Positions 1 through 15,889 of a stretch of 64,000 bases of DNA are shown one piece after another. Location: the NCBI RefSeq assembly GCF_013315695.1, contig NZ_CP054353.1, one strand, 5' to 3'. This DNA comes from Escherichia coli. Lineage in GTDB: Bacteria; Pseudomonadota; Gammaproteobacteria; Enterobacterales; Enterobacteriaceae. Under the pieces are notes generated by a model. That model saw only the letters and a list, made by a program, of their open reading frames with translations. It did not search any database and had not been told where the DNA came from. The translations under genes and the position numbers were made by a program. Within the stretch, counting starts at the first letter, position 1. Every line of letters starts with the position of its first letter.

Positions 1-947
<947 letters not shown>

Positions 948-1276
948 TACTTACCCGCAGAAATCATTCTGCGGGTATTAAGTTACTTTCTTATAAATTA
1001 ATACAGATTAATCCTGGTTATTTGCTTTATTTATCACCAGTCATCCGGTATAGTTCTTCATAATCTCTTCAAAATCATCGTGTTGTAATATTCTCTCATT
1101 ACTCTCCATCAAATTTTCTTTTTTTCTCCATAATTGGCGAAAAAGTGTTTTTTACACTTTCATTGTTTTACCGTTGCTCTGATTAATTGACGCTAAAGTC
1201 AGTAAAGTTAATCTCGTCAACACGGCACGCTACTTAAGAAAGCCGTAATAAATAACTGAAAGGAAGGATATAGAAT

Positions 1277-1762
1277 ATGCGTAAATTAACTGCACTGTTT
1301 GTTGCCTCTACCCTGGCTCTTGGCGCGGCTAACCTGGCCCATGCCGCAGACACCACTACCTCAGCACCGGCTGACGCGAAGCCGATGATGCACCACAAAG
1401 GCAAGTTCGGTCCGCATCAGGACATGATGTTCAAAGACCTGAACCTGACCGACGCGCAGAAACAGCAGATCCGCGAAATCATGAAAGGCCAGCGTGACCA
1501 GATGAAACGTCCGCCGCTGGAAGAACGCCGCGCAATGCATGACATCATTGCCAGCGATACCTTCGATAAAGCAAAAGCTGAAGCGCAGATCGCAAAAATG
1601 GAAGAACAGCGCAAAGCTAACATGCTGGCGCACATGGAAACCCAGAACAAGATTTACAACATCCTGACGCCGGAACAGAAAAAGCAATTTAATGCTAATT
1701 TTGAGAAGCGTCTGACAGAACGTCCAGCGGCAAAAGGTAAAATGCCTGCAACTGCTGAATAA
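1277..1762 (+). CDS. spy: periplasmic ATP-independent chaperone Spy
   Basis: 161 aa with a signal peptide (MRKLTALFVASTLALGAANLAHA) and an LTDAQKQQIREIM motif typical of the Spy/CpxP family. K-12 synteny. Confidence 0.95.
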   Translation: MRKLTALFVASTLALGAANLAHAADTTTSAPADAKPMMHHKGKFGPHQDMMFKDLNLTDAQKQQIREIMKGQRDQMKRPPLEERRAMHDIIASDTFDKAKAEAQIAKMEEQRKANMLAHMETQNKIYNILTPEQKKQFNANFEKRLTERPAAKGKMPATAE

Positions 1763-1783
1763 TCTTTCAGCCAAAAAACGTAA

Positions 1784-1848
1784 GACCGCCGGTCTTGTCC
1801 ACTACCTTGCAGTAATGCGGTGGACAGGATCGGCGGTTTTCTTTTCTC
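1784..1848 (+). terminator. long hairpin plus T-run after spy
   Basis: gaccgccggtcttgtccac ... gtggacaggatcggcggt followed by ttttcttttc. Confidence 0.6.
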
Positions 1849-1886
1849 TTCTCAAACAGATGCAAAAAAAGCCTGATCGCCACTAA

Positions 1887-3387
<1,501 letters not shown>

Positions 3388-3479
3388 TGTTGACTCCGAG
3401 TGCTGGTTATCTATCCAGTGTAACAGGCGGGGAGCGATTAAAAAAGAGGCGGGTTGATGACAAAGGTTACACCGTCAGA

Positions 3480-3582
3480 CGTGCTACGCCTGTCAGGCCT
3501 ATTCGACTCATGCAATATATTGAATTTGCATAGTTTTGTGGGGCGAATAAGGCGTTCACGCCGCATCCGGCGTGAACAAAGT
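3480..3582. repeat. REP/BIME-type extragenic palindromes
   Basis: aggcgttcacgccgcatccggcgtgaac is the classic REP consensus core. A second imperfect palindrome, gcctgtcaggcct, lies upstream. Confidence 0.6.
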
Positions 3583-3616
3583 ACTCTTTTTCGCACAAAC
3601 CAATATGTGCAAATTA

Positions 3617-4444
3617 TTACTTCTTCCAGAAATCATCGAAAACGGTAATTGGCGGACGGCGTTTATGTTCAGTTTTCAGATACCAGTTCTCTATTGTTCT
3701 GGCGACCTGTTCAGGTACGTTTTTCCCTTCCAGATAGTCGTCGATATTGTCATAGGTCACGCCGAGTGCCACTTCATCTGGTAGAGAAGGGCGATCATCT
3801 TCCAGATCGGCCGTTGGCGCTTTCTTATAAAGGTGTTCCGGGCAACCTAATGCCGCCAGTAACTGTTTACCCTGACGTTTGTTAAGACGATACAGTGGAT
3901 TAATGTCCGTACCGCCGTCACCATATTTAGTGAAGAATCCGGTAATGGCTTCTGCTGCATGATCGGTGCCCACCACGACACCGCTGGTCATACCCGCAAT
4001 GCTATATTGTGCTTTCATCCGCTCACGCGCTTTTTCATTGCCACGGACAAAATCGCTCAGTTCAATGCCTGCTTCCCGCAATGCCTGCTCGCTGGCCAAT
4101 ACCGCGCCCTTGATATTAACGGTTAATACGCGATCCGGTTGAATAAAGGCAATGGCATCCTGGCAATCTTGTTCGTCAGCCTGAACACCATAGGGCAGGC
4201 GTACGGCAATAAATTGCAGTGATTCGTTGCCAGTTTCCTGGCGCAGCTCATTAATCGCCATCTGGCACAGCTTTCCGGCAAGCGTGGAGTCCTGACCGCC
4301 GCTGATCCCGAGCACCAGTGATTTAATGAACGGATAAGTTTGCAGGTAGCTTTTCAGAAAATCGACACTACGACGAATTTCCTCTTCAGCATTAATCTGC
4401 GGTTTTGCGCCCAGCGCCTTTATTATTTGTTGTTGCAATGTCAT
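3617..4444 (-). CDS. nadE: NH3-dependent NAD+ synthetase
   Basis: 275 aa. SGGQDS PP-loop motif ([13 protein letters not shown]). K-12 length and position. Confidence 0.95.
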
Positions 4445-4645
4445 TGAACCCCTCCAGACAGAAAAGACAAAACTTCCTTAAAGCTAACCCGTTGCTACTG
4501 AAACGACAAGCGACAGCGGGCTGAATGGTGGTTAAAACGTCATACAGGAATCCTCTGAAAGCGGAGCCGTTTCGTTCACGGGCTTGAAAAAGCGCCCAAT
4601 GTATTCCAGGCTTATCTAACACGCTGATAAACAAGAGGACGGAAT

Positions 4646-4984
4646 ATGAACAAGAATATGGCAGGAATTCTGAGTGCAGCGGCGGTATTAACCATGCTGG
4701 CGGGTTGTACGGCTTATGATCGTACCAAAGACCAGTTTGTACAGCCTGTGGTGAAAGACGTCAAAAAAGGCATGAGCCGGGCGCAGGTTGCACAAATTGC
4801 GGGTAAACCTTCGTCTGAAGTGAGCATGATTCATGCTCGTGGTACTTGCCAGACCTACATCCTGGGTCAACGTGATGGTAAAGCAGAAACCTACTTTGTC
4901 GCGTTAGATGATACCGGACATGTCATCAACTCCGGTTATCAGACCTGTGCTGAATACGACACTGATCCACAGGCTGCGAAGTAA
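4646..4984 (+). CDS. osmE: osmotically inducible lipoprotein OsmE
   Basis: 112 aa. Lipobox LAGC. K-12 synteny. Confidence 0.95.
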
Positions 4985-5015
4985 TCACTTCGCCTGAAAG
5001 CTTGAGTTACAACGG

Positions 5016-5043
5016 AAACCGGCCATTGCGCCGGTTTTTTTTG
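5016..5043 (+). terminator. intrinsic terminator after osmE
   Basis: accggccattgcgccggt hairpin followed by T8. Confidence 0.8.
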
Positions 5044-5282
5044 GCCTGAGTTCTTAATTATCTTCGCGAATTATTTGCCCGAAATGTGAAGAGGGTCATA
5101 ACCGCAGGTCAAGGAGAGACAATTTATAAGGTCAAAGAAATACTATTGCTCAGGTCTATACCGTATACTCCTTTCAGCCACAAAAAAAGTCATGTTGGTT
5201 TCGCAAGTTACCCAGAGCATGGAAGCAGGTTAAGGCTTGCGGAGTGTCTGGCTTACAGATAATCGTCGATGAGGGCAGTTTT

Positions 5283-5603
5283 ATGGAAAAGAAACACATT
5301 TATCTGTTTTGTTCTGCGGGCATGTCTACCTCTTTACTGGTATCAAAAATGCGCGCACAGGCAGAAAAATATGAAGTTCCGGTCATTATTGAAGCATTTC
5401 CGGAAACACTGGCTGGTGAAAAAGGTCAGAATGCCGATGTCGTGTTATTAGGGCCGCAGATTGCTTATATGTTGCCCGAAATCCAGCGTTTGTTACCCAA
5501 CAAACCGGTCGAAGTAATTGACTCGCTGCTTTATGGCAAAGTCGATGGTTTAGGCGTGCTTAAGGCTGCGGTTGCAGCGATTAAAAAAGCCGCAGCAAAT
5601 TAA
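5283..5603 (+). CDS. chbB: PTS chitobiose-specific EIIB
   Basis: Internal start [17 protein letters not shown] gives 106 aa. The active-site Cys motif is [10 protein letters not shown]. Confidence 0.9.
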   Translation: MEKKHIYLFCSAGMSTSLLVSKMRAQAEKYEVPVIIEAFPETLAGEKGQNADVVLLGPQIAYMLPEIQRLLPNKPVEVIDSLLYGKVDGLGVLKAAVAAIKKAAAN

Positions 5604-5687
5604 TTTATTTTAAATTTTCCCGTCAAAGAGTTATTTCATAAATCAATACCGCAATATTTAAATTGCGGTTTTTAAGGGTATTTTTCT

Positions 5688-7046
5688 ATGAGTAATGTTA
5701 TTGCATCGCTTGAAAAGGTACTCCTCCCTTTTGCAGTTAAAATAGGAAAGCAGCCACACGTTAATGCAATCAAAAATGGCTTTATTCGCTTAATGCCGTT
5801 AACCCTTGCGGGGGCCATGTTTGTATTAATTAACAACGTTTTTCTAAGCTTTGGGGAGGGGTCGTTTTTTTATTCCTTAGGTATTCGCCTGGATGCCTCA
5901 ACCATTGAAACACTTAATGGTCTGAAAGGTATTGGCGGTAACGTATATAACGGAACATTAGGGATAATGTCTTTAATGGCACCGTTCTTTATTGGCATGG
6001 CGCTGGCAGAAGAGCGTAAAGTCGATGCGCTGGCGGCCGGGTTGTTATCCGTTGCAGCATTTATGACCGTCACCCCATATAGTGTCGGTGAGGCCTATGC
6101 GGTTGGCGCAAACTGGTTAGGTGGGGCGAATATCATCTCCGGGATTATTATTGGCCTGGTGGTGGCAGAAATGTTTACCTTTATTGTCCGCCGCAATTGG
6201 GTCATTAAATTGCCCGATAGCGTACCTGCTTCAGTATCGCGTTCCTTCTCGGCTTTAATTCCCGGCTTTATTATTCTTTCCGTGATGGGGATTATTGCCT
6301 GGGCGTTGAATACCTGGGGCACCAACTTCCATCAGATCATCATGGATACCATCTCAACCCCACTGGCATCGTTGGGTAGCGTGGTGGGCTGGGCCTATGT
6401 GATCTTTGTTCCACTGCTCTGGTTCTTCGGTATTCATGGCGCGCTGGCGCTGACCGCACTGGACAACGGCATTATGACGCCGTGGGCGCTGGAAAATATC
6501 GCGACCTATCAGCAATATGGTTCCGTCGAAGCGGCGCTGGCAGCCGGTAAGACCTTCCATATCTGGGCCAAGCCGATGCTGGACTCCTTTATTTTCCTCG
6601 GTGGCAGTGGTGCGACTTTGGGTCTGATCCTGGCTATCTTTATCGCCTCTCGCCGTGCTGATTATCGTCAGGTGGCAAAACTGGCGCTGCCGTCCGGCAT
6701 CTTCCAGATTAACGAACCGATTCTGTTTGGTCTGCCAATTATCATGAACCCGGTGATGTTTATCCCGTTTGTACTGGTACAACCGATTCTGGCGGCAATC
6801 ACCCTGGCAGCGTACTACATGGGCATTATTCCTCCGGTGACCAATATTGCACCGTGGACCATGCCAACCGGTCTGGGAGCCTTCTTTAACACCAACGGTA
6901 GCGTCGCCGCATTGCTGGTCGCACTCTTCAACCTTGGTATCGCAACGTTAATTTATCTGCCCTTTGTTGTGGTCGCTAACAAAGCACAAAACGCGATTGA
7001 TAAAGAAGAGAGCGAAGAAGATATCGCTAACGCCCTGAAATTTTAA
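5688..7046 (+). CDS. chbC: PTS chitobiose-specific EIIC permease
   Basis: 452-aa polytopic membrane protein in the chb operon order. Confidence 0.95.
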
Positions 7047-7096
7047 TCGATGCCGGTACGGGTAATCGTGCCGGTAAGAAAAGAGAGGAACGATGT

Positions 7097-7447
7097 ATGA
7101 TGGATCTCGATAACATTCCCGATACGCAAACAGAAGCTGAAGAGCTGGAAGAAGTGGTGATGGGGCTTATCATCAACTCCGGGCAAGCGCGCAGCCTGGC
7201 GTATGCGGCACTGAAACAGGCGAAGCAGGGCGATTTTGCCGCAGCAAAAGCCATGATGGATCAGTCACGGATGGCATTGAATGAAGCGCATCTGGTACAG
7301 ACGAAACTGATTGAAGGCGATGCGGGCGAAGGTAAGATGAAAGTGAGTCTGGTGCTGGTCCACGCTCAGGATCATTTAATGACGTCCATGCTTGCGCGTG
7401 AACTGATTACTGAATTAATTGAGCTTCATGAAAAACTGAAGGCATAA
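7097..7447 (+). CDS. chbA: PTS chitobiose-specific EIIA
   Basis: 116 aa, with the lactose/cellobiose-family EIIA helical signature. Operon context. Confidence 0.95.
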   Translation: MMDLDNIPDTQTEAEELEEVVMGLIINSGQARSLAYAALKQAKQGDFAAAKAMMDQSRMALNEAHLVQTKLIEGDAGEGKMKVSLVLVHAQDHLMTSMLARELITELIELHEKLKA

Positions 7448-7454
7448 GGAGTCG

Positions 7455-8297
7455 ATGATGCAGCCAGTGATTAACGCGCCGGAAATTGCCACTGCCCGAG
7501 AACAGCAGTTGTTTAATGGCAAAAACTTCCATGTGTTTATCTACAACAAAACTGAGAGTATCAGCGGACTGCATCAGCACGACTATTATGAATTTACTCT
7601 GGTATTGACCGGGCGTTATTTCCAGGAGATTAACGGTAAGCGCGTGTTACTGGAACGGGGCGATTTTGTTTTTATTCCGTTAGGTTCGCACCATCAAAGT
7701 TTTTATGAGTTTGGTGCCACGCGCATATTGAACGTTGGGATCAGTAAACGCTTTTTTGAGCAGCATTACCTGCCGTTGTTGCCTTATTGCTTTGTAGCTT
7801 CGCAGGTATACCGGACCAATAACGCTTTTCTCACCTATGTGGAAACAGTGATTTCTTCATTGAATTTCCGCGAAACAGGGCTGGAAGAGTTTGTTGAGAT
7901 GGTTACTTTTTATGTCATTAACCGTTTACGTCATTACCGCGAAGAACAGGTGATTGATGATGTACCGCAGTGGCTGAAAAGTACGGTAGAAAAGATGCAT
8001 GATAAAGAGCAGTTTAGTGAATCGGCACTGGAGAATATGGTGACGTTGTCAGCCAAATCACAGGAATATTTGACGCGAGCGACTCAACGATATTATGGCA
8101 AAACGCCAATGCAGATTATTAATGAAATCCGTATTAATTTTGCCAAAAAACAACTGGAAATGACCAACTATTCAGTGACGGATATTGCGTTTGAGGCCGG
8201 TTATAGTAGCCCGAGTTTGTTTATTAAAACGTTTAAGAAATTAACGTCCTTTACGCCTAAGAGCTATCGTAAGAAATTGACTGAATTTAATCAGTAA
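7455..8297 (+). CDS. chbR: AraC-family dual regulator of the chb operon
   Basis: 280 aa. C-terminal AraC HTH ([22 protein letters not shown]). Confidence 0.9.
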   Translation: MMQPVINAPEIATAREQQLFNGKNFHVFIYNKTESISGLHQHDYYEFTLVLTGRYFQEINGKRVLLERGDFVFIPLGSHHQSFYEFGATRILNVGISKRFFEQHYLPLLPYCFVASQVYRTNNAFLTYVETVISSLNFRETGLEEFVEMVTFYVINRLRHYREEQVIDDVPQWLKSTVEKMHDKEQFSESALENMVTLSAKSQEYLTRATQRYYGKTPMQIINEIRINFAKKQLEMTNYSVTDIAFEAGYSSPSLFIKTFKKLTSFTPKSYRKKLTEFNQ

Positions 8298-8401
8298 GTC
8301 GTTATACCTGACAATTCACATATCTGTCCTGTTGCTGGATTATTTATGTCCGGGGGGGCAGATATGCCAGATATCAGTATTCTGTACTGAAGGGAGAAAT
8401 T

Positions 8402-9754
8402 ATGAGCCAGAAATTAAAAGTCGTCACTATTGGTGGCGGGAGCAGCTATACCCCGGAGTTACTGGAAGGATTTATTAAGCGTTATCACGAATTGCCGGTC
8501 AGCGAATTATGGCTGGTGGATGTCGAAGATGGTAAAGAGAAACTGGATATTATTTTTGATCTCTGCCAACGGATGATTGATAACGCTGGCGTCCCGATGA
8601 AGCTTTATAAAACGCTGGATCGCCGCGAAGCATTGAAAGATGCTGATTTCGTTACTACCCAACTGCGCGTAGGCCAATTACCGGCGCGCGAACTGGATGA
8701 ACGTATTCCATTAAGTCATGGTTATCTTGGTCAGGAAACTAACGGCGCGGGCGGTCTGTTTAAAGGTCTGCGTACCATTCCGGTGATTTTTGACATCGTA
8801 AAAGATGTCGAAGAACTTTGTCCGAATGCATGGGTGATTAACTTCACTAACCCGGCGGGAATGGTCACTGAAGCCGTTTATCGTCATACCGGATTTAAAC
8901 GCTTTATCGGCGTGTGTAATATTCCGATCGGCATGAAGATGTTTATTCGCGATGTTCTGATGCTGAAAGACAGCGATGATTTATCTATCGATCTGTTCGG
9001 CCTCAACCATATGGTGTTCATTAAAGATGTGCTGGTAAATGGCAAATCACGCTTTGCCGAATTGCTTGATGGTGTGGCATCCGGGCAGTTAAAAGCATCT
9101 GGCGTTAAAAATATTTTCGATCTGCCATTTAGCGAAGGCTTAATTCGTTCTCTGAATCTGTTGCCGTGTTCTTATTTGCTTTATTACTTCAAGCAAAAAG
9201 AGATGCTGGCTATTGAAATGGGCGAATACTACAAAGGCGGCGCACGAGCGCAGGTAGTACAGAAAGTCGAGAAACAACTTTTTGAGCTGTATAAAAACCC
9301 GGAGTTGAAAGTTAAGCCGAAAGAACTGGAACAGCGCGGTGGGGCTTATTACTCTGATGCTGCGTGCGAAGTGATCAACGCTATCTACAACGACAAGCAA
9401 GCTGAACATTACGTTAATATCCCGCATCATGGGCATATTGATAATATTCCGGCAGACTGGGCGGTAGAAATGACCTGTACGCTGGGGCGCGATGGCGCGA
9501 CGCCACATCCGCGCATTACGCATTTCGATGATAAAGTGATGGGGCTGATTCACACCATTAAAGGCTTCGAGATTGCTGCCAGCAACGCCGCACTTAGCGG
9601 AGAGTTTAACGATGTGTTACTGGCCCTAAACCTTAGTCCGTTGGTGCATTCCGATCGCGATGCTGAGCTGCTGGCACGCGAGATGATTCTGGCGCACGAG
9701 AAATGGTTGCCAAATTTTGCCGACTGCATCGCAGAGCTTAAAAAAGCACATTAA
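8402..9754 (+). CDS. chbF: GH4 6-phospho-beta-glucosidase
   Basis: 450 aa. N-terminal Rossmann motif KVVTIGGGSSYTPE typical of GH4. Confidence 0.95.
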   Translation: MSQKLKVVTIGGGSSYTPELLEGFIKRYHELPVSELWLVDVEDGKEKLDIIFDLCQRMIDNAGVPMKLYKTLDRREALKDADFVTTQLRVGQLPARELDERIPLSHGYLGQETNGAGGLFKGLRTIPVIFDIVKDVEELCPNAWVINFTNPAGMVTEAVYRHTGFKRFIGVCNIPIGMKMFIRDVLMLKDSDDLSIDLFGLNHMVFIKDVLVNGKSRFAELLDGVASGQLKASGVKNIFDLPFSEGLIRSLNLLPCSYLLYYFKQKEMLAIEMGEYYKGGARAQVVQKVEKQLFELYKNPELKVKPKELEQRGGAYYSDAACEVINAIYNDKQAEHYVNIPHHGHIDNIPADWAVEMTCTLGRDGATPHPRITHFDDKVMGLIHTIKGFEIAASNAALSGEFNDVLLALNLSPLVHSDRDAELLAREMILAHEKWLPNFADCIAELKKAH

Positions 9755-10516
<762 letters not shown>

Positions 10517-10562
10517 GTAAGGTGGTAAGGTCACTCCCCAGGGGGCGTGACCTTATCCATAT

Positions 10563-12824
10563 TTACGCCGGAATTTTGTCAATCTTAGGAATGCGTGACC
10601 ACACGCGGTGTGCTGCCATCAGCGTTAACAGTTCATCCATAAAACTACCATCGGCGCTGTCAGCTTCCACAATCCCTTCTTCACCCTGATCAGCGACCTT
10701 GATTCTTACTTTAAACTTGCGCGCGTCTCCTGCCAGCGCAATCGGTTTAAGGTGTTTGTAGGCTTCCATCAGGTAGTAGTTGGCATCGCCGTTGTCAGCG
10801 ATATCCGCGATATTGCCGCAAGGGACAATAACCGCATCGACCGTCAGCGAAGGCGCTCCGGCAAATGTAGCGGCTATAGGCAGCACCGTACCGTCATCCG
10901 CAGTCACTTCACCCATTCGGGAGTAGAGCAGTTTGGCATGAACGCCTTTGGCCTTCAGCGCCTTGAGAATGGCCAGAAGGTCTGCCGATCTCACTTCATC
11001 ATTAAGTAAAATCGCTACCACGCGACCTTTCACATCACCGTCAGGAATGGCGTACAAACTTAAGGATGGATCCTTTTTCAGACCGTTGACGTCCGGAGGC
11101 GGGGTGATATTCAGCTGGTCGTCCGTCAGCTCGATACCGAGATTTTTCGCCACCGCCTGGGCCAGAGTGAGATCAATATGTGCCAGCTGGTCAACAACGC
11201 GCTCACGAATATACGGACGAACTACTTTGCTTAACTCAAAACTGAAACCATCGACAATATGGCGCTGCTCGAATGGCGTCTGACTTAGCCAGAACAGACG
11301 CGGATGGGAATAATATTCGCCAAACGATGGGCTGCGCTCGCGAACTTTATTGCCTTCCACGCGCTCCTGGTATGATTCAAAACCGCCGCGTTTCGGCCCC
11401 GGCGGTGTTTCGCGCGGCCAGTTATCGTTGATCGAGTTCGGTTCATAATTCGCCGGGTTAGTGTCGATCCCCATACGATGCATGCCGTCACGCTGGAAAT
11501 TATGGTAAGGGCAGGTCGGGCGGTTAATCGGAATCTCATGGAAATTTGGTCCGCCAAGACGACTGATTTGTGTATCGGTATAAGAGAACAAACGCCCCTG
11601 CAACAGCGGATCGTTGGTGAAGTCCAGACCAGGAACAATATGACCTGGATGGAATGCTGCTTGTTCGTTTTCGGCAAAGAAGTTATCCGGATTGCGATTG
11701 AGCACCATTTTGCCGACACGCTGAACGGGCACCAGTTCTTCCGGGATAAGTTTAGTTGGATCAAGAAGGTCGAAGTCGAACTTAAATTCATCTTCCTCAG
11801 GAATCAACTGGAAGCCCAGTTCGTATTCCGGAAAATCGCCGGCTTCAATCGCTTCCCACAACTCGCGGCGGTGGAAGTCCGGGTCACGTCCGGTTAGTTT
11901 TTGTGCTTCATCCCAAACGAGTGAGGCTTTACCTGCCAGTGGTTTCCAGTGGAAACGTACGAACGTTGCCTTCCCTTCGGCATTAATCAGGCGGAAGGTG
12001 TGAATACCGAAGCCTTCCATGGTGCGGTAACTGCGCGGGATACCGCGATCCGACATCGCCCACATCACGTTGTGCAGAGTTTCAGGTTGCAGAGAAACAT
12101 AATCCCAGAAAGTATCGTGGGCGCTTTGCCCTTGTGGAATTGCCCAGTGTGGTTCTGGTTTTACCGCATGCACAAAATCAGGGAATTTATGCGCATCCTG
12201 GATAAAGAAGATTGGCGTGTTATTGCCAACAAGGTCAAAAATACCCTCTTCGGTATAGAACTTGGTGGCAAAGCCACGGATATCACGCACGGTATCGGCA
12301 GAGCCAGCACCACCCTGAACGGTAGAGAAACGTACAAATACTGGGGTGATTTTGTTCGGATCTGAGAGGAAATCCGCTTTGGTAATATCGCTTAAGCTTT
12401 TATATGGCTGGAAATAACCGTGAGCGGCTGATCCGCGTGCATGAACAATACGTTCCGGGATGCGCTCATGGTCAAAGTGGGTGATTTTCTCGCGCAGAAT
12501 AAAATCTTCCAGCAGCGTTGGACCACGGTTACCGGCACGCAGTGAGTTTTGATCGTCGGCGATGCGCACGCCCTGATTAGTGGTCAGCGCATAATTTTCA
12601 CTGCCTTTGCGTACGTCTTCCAGAGAATTAAGTTTTTCGTTACGCGTATCAGGGGCTTTCAGGCTCCCAGGGGCGGTAGGTTGTGCACCTGGCGGTGTTG
12701 GTTCAGCCGCTGGACGATGAGATCCGTCTTCAGGTGCCAGTGAGTCCATCCCCGGTTTCGCTTCGCTGGAATCGTGTAGTGGTGACTGGTGCTGATGTGG
12801 GTTCTTTTCGTTATGTTGCGACAT
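10563..12824 (-). CDS. katE: catalase HPII
   Basis: 753-aa large-subunit catalase (..[22 protein letters not shown]..). Confidence 0.97.
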   Translation of the reverse strand: MSQHNEKNPHQHQSPLHDSSEAKPGMDSLAPEDGSHRPAAEPTPPGAQPTAPGSLKAPDTRNEKLNSLEDVRKGSENYALTTNQGVRIADDQNSLRAGNRGPTLLEDFILREKITHFDHERIPERIVHARGSAAHGYFQPYKSLSDITKADFLSDPNKITPVFVRFSTVQGGAGSADTVRDIRGFATKFYTEEGIFDLVGNNTPIFFIQDAHKFPDFVHAVKPEPHWAIPQGQSAHDTFWDYVSLQPETLHNVMWAMSDRGIPRSYRTMEGFGIHTFRLINAEGKATFVRFHWKPLAGKASLVWDEAQKLTGRDPDFHRRELWEAIEAGDFPEYELGFQLIPEEDEFKFDFDLLDPTKLIPEELVPVQRVGKMVLNRNPDNFFAENEQAAFHPGHIVPGLDFTNDPLLQGRLFSYTDTQISRLGGPNFHEIPINRPTCPYHNFQRDGMHRMGIDTNPANYEPNSINDNWPRETPPGPKRGGFESYQERVEGNKVRERSPSFGEYYSHPRLFWLSQTPFEQRHIVDGFSFELSKVVRPYIRERVVDQLAHIDLTLAQAVAKNLGIELTDDQLNITPPPDVNGLKKDPSLSLYAIPDGDVKGRVVAILLNDEVRSADLLAILKALKAKGVHAKLLYSRMGEVTADDGTVLPIAATFAGAPSLTVDAVIVPCGNIADIADNGDANYYLMEAYKHLKPIALAGDARKFKVRIKVADQGEEGIVEADSADGSFMDELLTLMAAHRVWSRIPKIDKIPA

Positions 12825-13027
12825 TGAACTCGTCTCCTTAAATTATTACTGAAAGGGCCGCTGTTTTGGTCAAAAAACCCTCTAACTATAGACCACCAGT
12901 CAGATCCCGCTTCGGAGACTATTCTGGAAACGGTGTTATGAAATACACGCAAAGCAGGACGTACAGGGGCTAAATCGGCTAAACTACAGTTTTTCTGATT
13001 TTTAATATGCGTTTAGTGAAGCCAGTA

Positions 13028-13270
13028 ATGAAGAAACCGCTCCGTCAGCAAAACCGCCAGATTATTAGCTATGTCCCACGCACGGAACCCGCGCCGCCAG
13101 AACATGCGATAAAGATGGATTCGTTTCGTGATGTCTGGATGCTGCGTGGCAAATATGTTGCGTTTGTACTGATGGGGGAGTCATTTATGCGCTCACCGGC
13201 GTTTACTGTGCCTGAATCCGCCCAGCGTTGGGCAAATCAGATCCGCCAGGAAGGGGAAGTGACTGAGTAA
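13028..13270 (+). CDS. cedA: cell division modulator CedA
   Basis: Track ORF 13007..13270. The internal start MKKPLRQQNRQ gives the 80 aa I recall for K-12 CedA. The upstream ATG at 13007 is not excluded. Confidence 0.8.
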   Translation: MKKPLRQQNRQIISYVPRTEPAPPEHAIKMDSFRDVWMLRGKYVAFVLMGESFMRSPAFTVPESAQRWANQIRQEGEVTE

Positions 13271-13558
13271 AGATTACGTACCTCCCGGTTTTGCCGGGAG
13301 TTACATGGCCTGAAATTTTGTATTTCATTGCTACATTCATTCAAACCACCTGTAACAAAAAGCTGCCTTTGACGATCTATTGCTATAAATAAGTGAACTT
13401 TTTTCTTTAATTGTTTATTTATTTTAAAATGGTTAAGTTTTGCTAATCATGATGAGCTATTTTTGATAGTTCATCCTGTGGCGTCGCTCTTAAACTTATA
13501 TTGTAAATGACTTAGATTTAAATGAGATAATAATTTTGTTAACAATATGAGGCGGGAG

Positions 13559-14362
13559 ATGCTTTCTACAAACTTAATACAGAGTAATTATGGTGATTTA
13601 AATATTAAAAGCCTGGCTTTCGACTCTTTTAAAGAAAGGCTGCAGTCTACTATGACAGCACTCACTTTCTTTATATCAACGGGTCAATGTGACTGCGATG
13701 AAATAGCAGAATCAAACTTTAATTATATGATTGCCTATATGTCTAACATTAACTATGATGCCTCAAAGCCAGGAGCGCCAGCACTTAGTTTTGATACATA
13801 TCTGCAGGACAATGTTAAATATAGAGTAATAATTAATAATCTTTATGGTAGTGAAATTCGGATAAGGGGTATAAATAAGGATTTTATTGGAATGGATGTC
13901 ACTTCTGTATTTCGCCCAGAAAAAATGACCAATTTGATCAATATAAAAAACAGGTTGGTTATTCACTATTTAAGGACTATATACTATGAACAAAATTATA
14001 TACATCCTGTCGGGAGCATTTTTGCTGCGATTCAAAAAAATGAGAGTCTCCTAAAGTTTCCTTCGATAATATCAATGCTTAATATCAGTCTTCTTTTTAA
14101 TCCACTAAATCTTCCGCGAATGGGAAATGGTGTGCTTGAAGATATTATGAGTATTCCAGATAGTTCACTTAGAAAACGTCTCGGGTATGAGGTTTTAAGC
14201 TTCTCGCTACAGGCACATTCATTGAGCCAGGAATGTATTGATAAGTTGGCCATTTTTTTCGCTGACGATCTGTTTCAATATGAGTCAGTATGCATCGCCG
14301 CGATGGAACATTTAAAAAGTAAGGCAACGGCTCCTATACAAAACGGACCGTTGCCAGCATAA
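13559..14362 (+). CDS. ydjO: uncharacterised protein YdjO
   Basis: AT-rich ORF at the K-12 ydjO position. Starting at MLSTNLIQ gives 267 aa. Confidence 0.7.
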   Translation: MLSTNLIQSNYGDLNIKSLAFDSFKERLQSTMTALTFFISTGQCDCDEIAESNFNYMIAYMSNINYDASKPGAPALSFDTYLQDNVKYRVIINNLYGSEIRIRGINKDFIGMDVTSVFRPEKMTNLINIKNRLVIHYLRTIYYEQNYIHPVGSIFAAIQKNESLLKFPSIISMLNISLLFNPLNLPRMGNGVLEDIMSIPDSSLRKRLGYEVLSFSLQAHSLSQECIDKLAIFFADDLFQYESVCIAAMEHLKSKATAPIQNGPLPA

Positions 14363-14365
14363 GAA

Positions 14366-15757
14366 TTAACGGTGTGCCAGTTCGGCGTCGTCTTCGCTAT
14401 CCAGAATGGCTTTATCGGTTTGCTTCAGCCACTGGCTGGTCAGCGTGCCAGCGGTCATCGAGCCACTAACGTTTAGCGCCGTACGCCCCATGTCGATAAG
14501 CGGTTCAACGGAGATTAACAATGCCACCAGCGTTACAGGCAGGCCCATCGCAGGCAGCACAATCAGTGCGGCGAAAGTTGCACCACCACCGACACCGGCA
14601 ACGCCTGCGGAACTAACGGTAACAATACCGACCAGCGTCGCAATCCACATCGGGTCCATCGGGTTAATGCCAACCGTAGGCGCAACCATCACCGCCAGCA
14701 TCGCCGGATACAAACCGGCACAGCCGTTCTGACCAATGGTTGCACCGAAAGAGGCGGCGAAACTGGCGATGGATTCAGGAACGCCCAGACGACGCGTTTG
14801 TGCTTCCACATTCAGTGGGATAGACGCAGCACTGGAACGGCTGGTAAAAGCAAACGTCAGAACTGGCCATACCTTACGGAAGTATTTCAGCGGGCTCACG
14901 CCATTAATGCCCAGCAGAAGGCCATGCACTGCAAACATAATCAGCAGACCGAGGTAGGACGCGACAACGAAACTTCCCAGTTTGATGATGTCTTGCAGGT
15001 TAGAACCTGCAACCACTTTGGTCATCAGCGCCAGAACGCCGTAAGGGGTCAGCTGCATGACCAGGCGAACCAGTTTCATCACCCAGCTTTGCAGGGTATC
15101 GATAGCGGTTAAGACGCGTTCACCTTTCGGCGCATCATCCTTCAGCAGCTTGAGCGCAGCTACGCCGAGGAATGCGGCAAAAATTACCACGCTGATAATT
15201 GACGTCGGATTGGCTCCGGTCAAATCGGCAAACGGGTTTTTCGGGATAAAGGACAAGACCAGCTGCGGAACGCTCAGGTCAGAGACTTTACCAACATAGT
15301 TACTTTCAATGGCGTTCAGACGTGCAGTTTCTGCACCACCCTGAACCAGACCTTCAGCCGTCAAACCAAACAGGTTGGTGACCAGCACACCGACCAGCGC
15401 CGCAATCAGCGTGGTAAACAAAAGCGTACCGATGGTCAGAAAACTAATTTTGCCTAACTGAGATGCGTTATGCAGACGGGCAACCGCGCTCAGAATAGAG
15501 GCGAAGACTAACGGCATAACGATCATTTGCAGCAGTTGAACATAGCCGTTACCAACAATGTTAAACCACTGTACAGAATCTTTAAGTACCTGGCTGTCAG
15601 AACCATAAATGGTATGCAGGGCGAGGCCAAAAACCACACCCATCACCAGACCCACCAGCACTTTTTTCGCCAGACTCCACTGTTTATGGCGGGTCTGAGC
15701 CAGCGCAAACAGCAGTACAACGAACACCACGATGTTCGCAATTAATGGAAAGTTCAT
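14366..15757 (-). CDS. tcyP: L-cystine/sodium:dicarboxylate-family transporter
   Basis: 463-aa polytopic DAACS-family protein at the K-12 ydjN position. Confidence 0.9.
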   Translation of the reverse strand: MNFPLIANIVVFVVLLFALAQTRHKQWSLAKKVLVGLVMGVVFGLALHTIYGSDSQVLKDSVQWFNIVGNGYVQLLQMIVMPLVFASILSAVARLHNASQLGKISFLTIGTLLFTTLIAALVGVLVTNLFGLTAEGLVQGGAETARLNAIESNYVGKVSDLSVPQLVLSFIPKNPFADLTGANPTSIISVVIFAAFLGVAALKLLKDDAPKGERVLTAIDTLQSWVMKLVRLVMQLTPYGVLALMTKVVAGSNLQDIIKLGSFVVASYLGLLIMFAVHGLLLGINGVSPLKYFRKVWPVLTFAFTSRSSAASIPLNVEAQTRRLGVPESIASFAASFGATIGQNGCAGLYPAMLAVMVAPTVGINPMDPMWIATLVGIVTVSSAGVAGVGGGATFAALIVLPAMGLPVTLVALLISVEPLIDMGRTALNVSGSMTAGTLTSQWLKQTDKAILDSEDDAELAHR

Positions 15758-15889
15758 CCCCGTTCTCCTGATCTTATTATTTCTATCACTGCGTAGCAGT
15801 CATAGTGTTGGCGCAAGATTAACAGAACTGTGAGCTGGCTCTTATATTCAAATGGAATTGCTTATTCCAGAAAGGTGATTTTTGCCTTT

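Noticed and set aside
13271-13558. AT-rich 290-bp region upstream of ydjO as a possible foreign insertion or small RNA locus
   Set aside because: It corresponds to the normal cedA-ydjO intergenic region of E. coli as far as I can tell. I saw no terminator, promoter pair or repeat structure.
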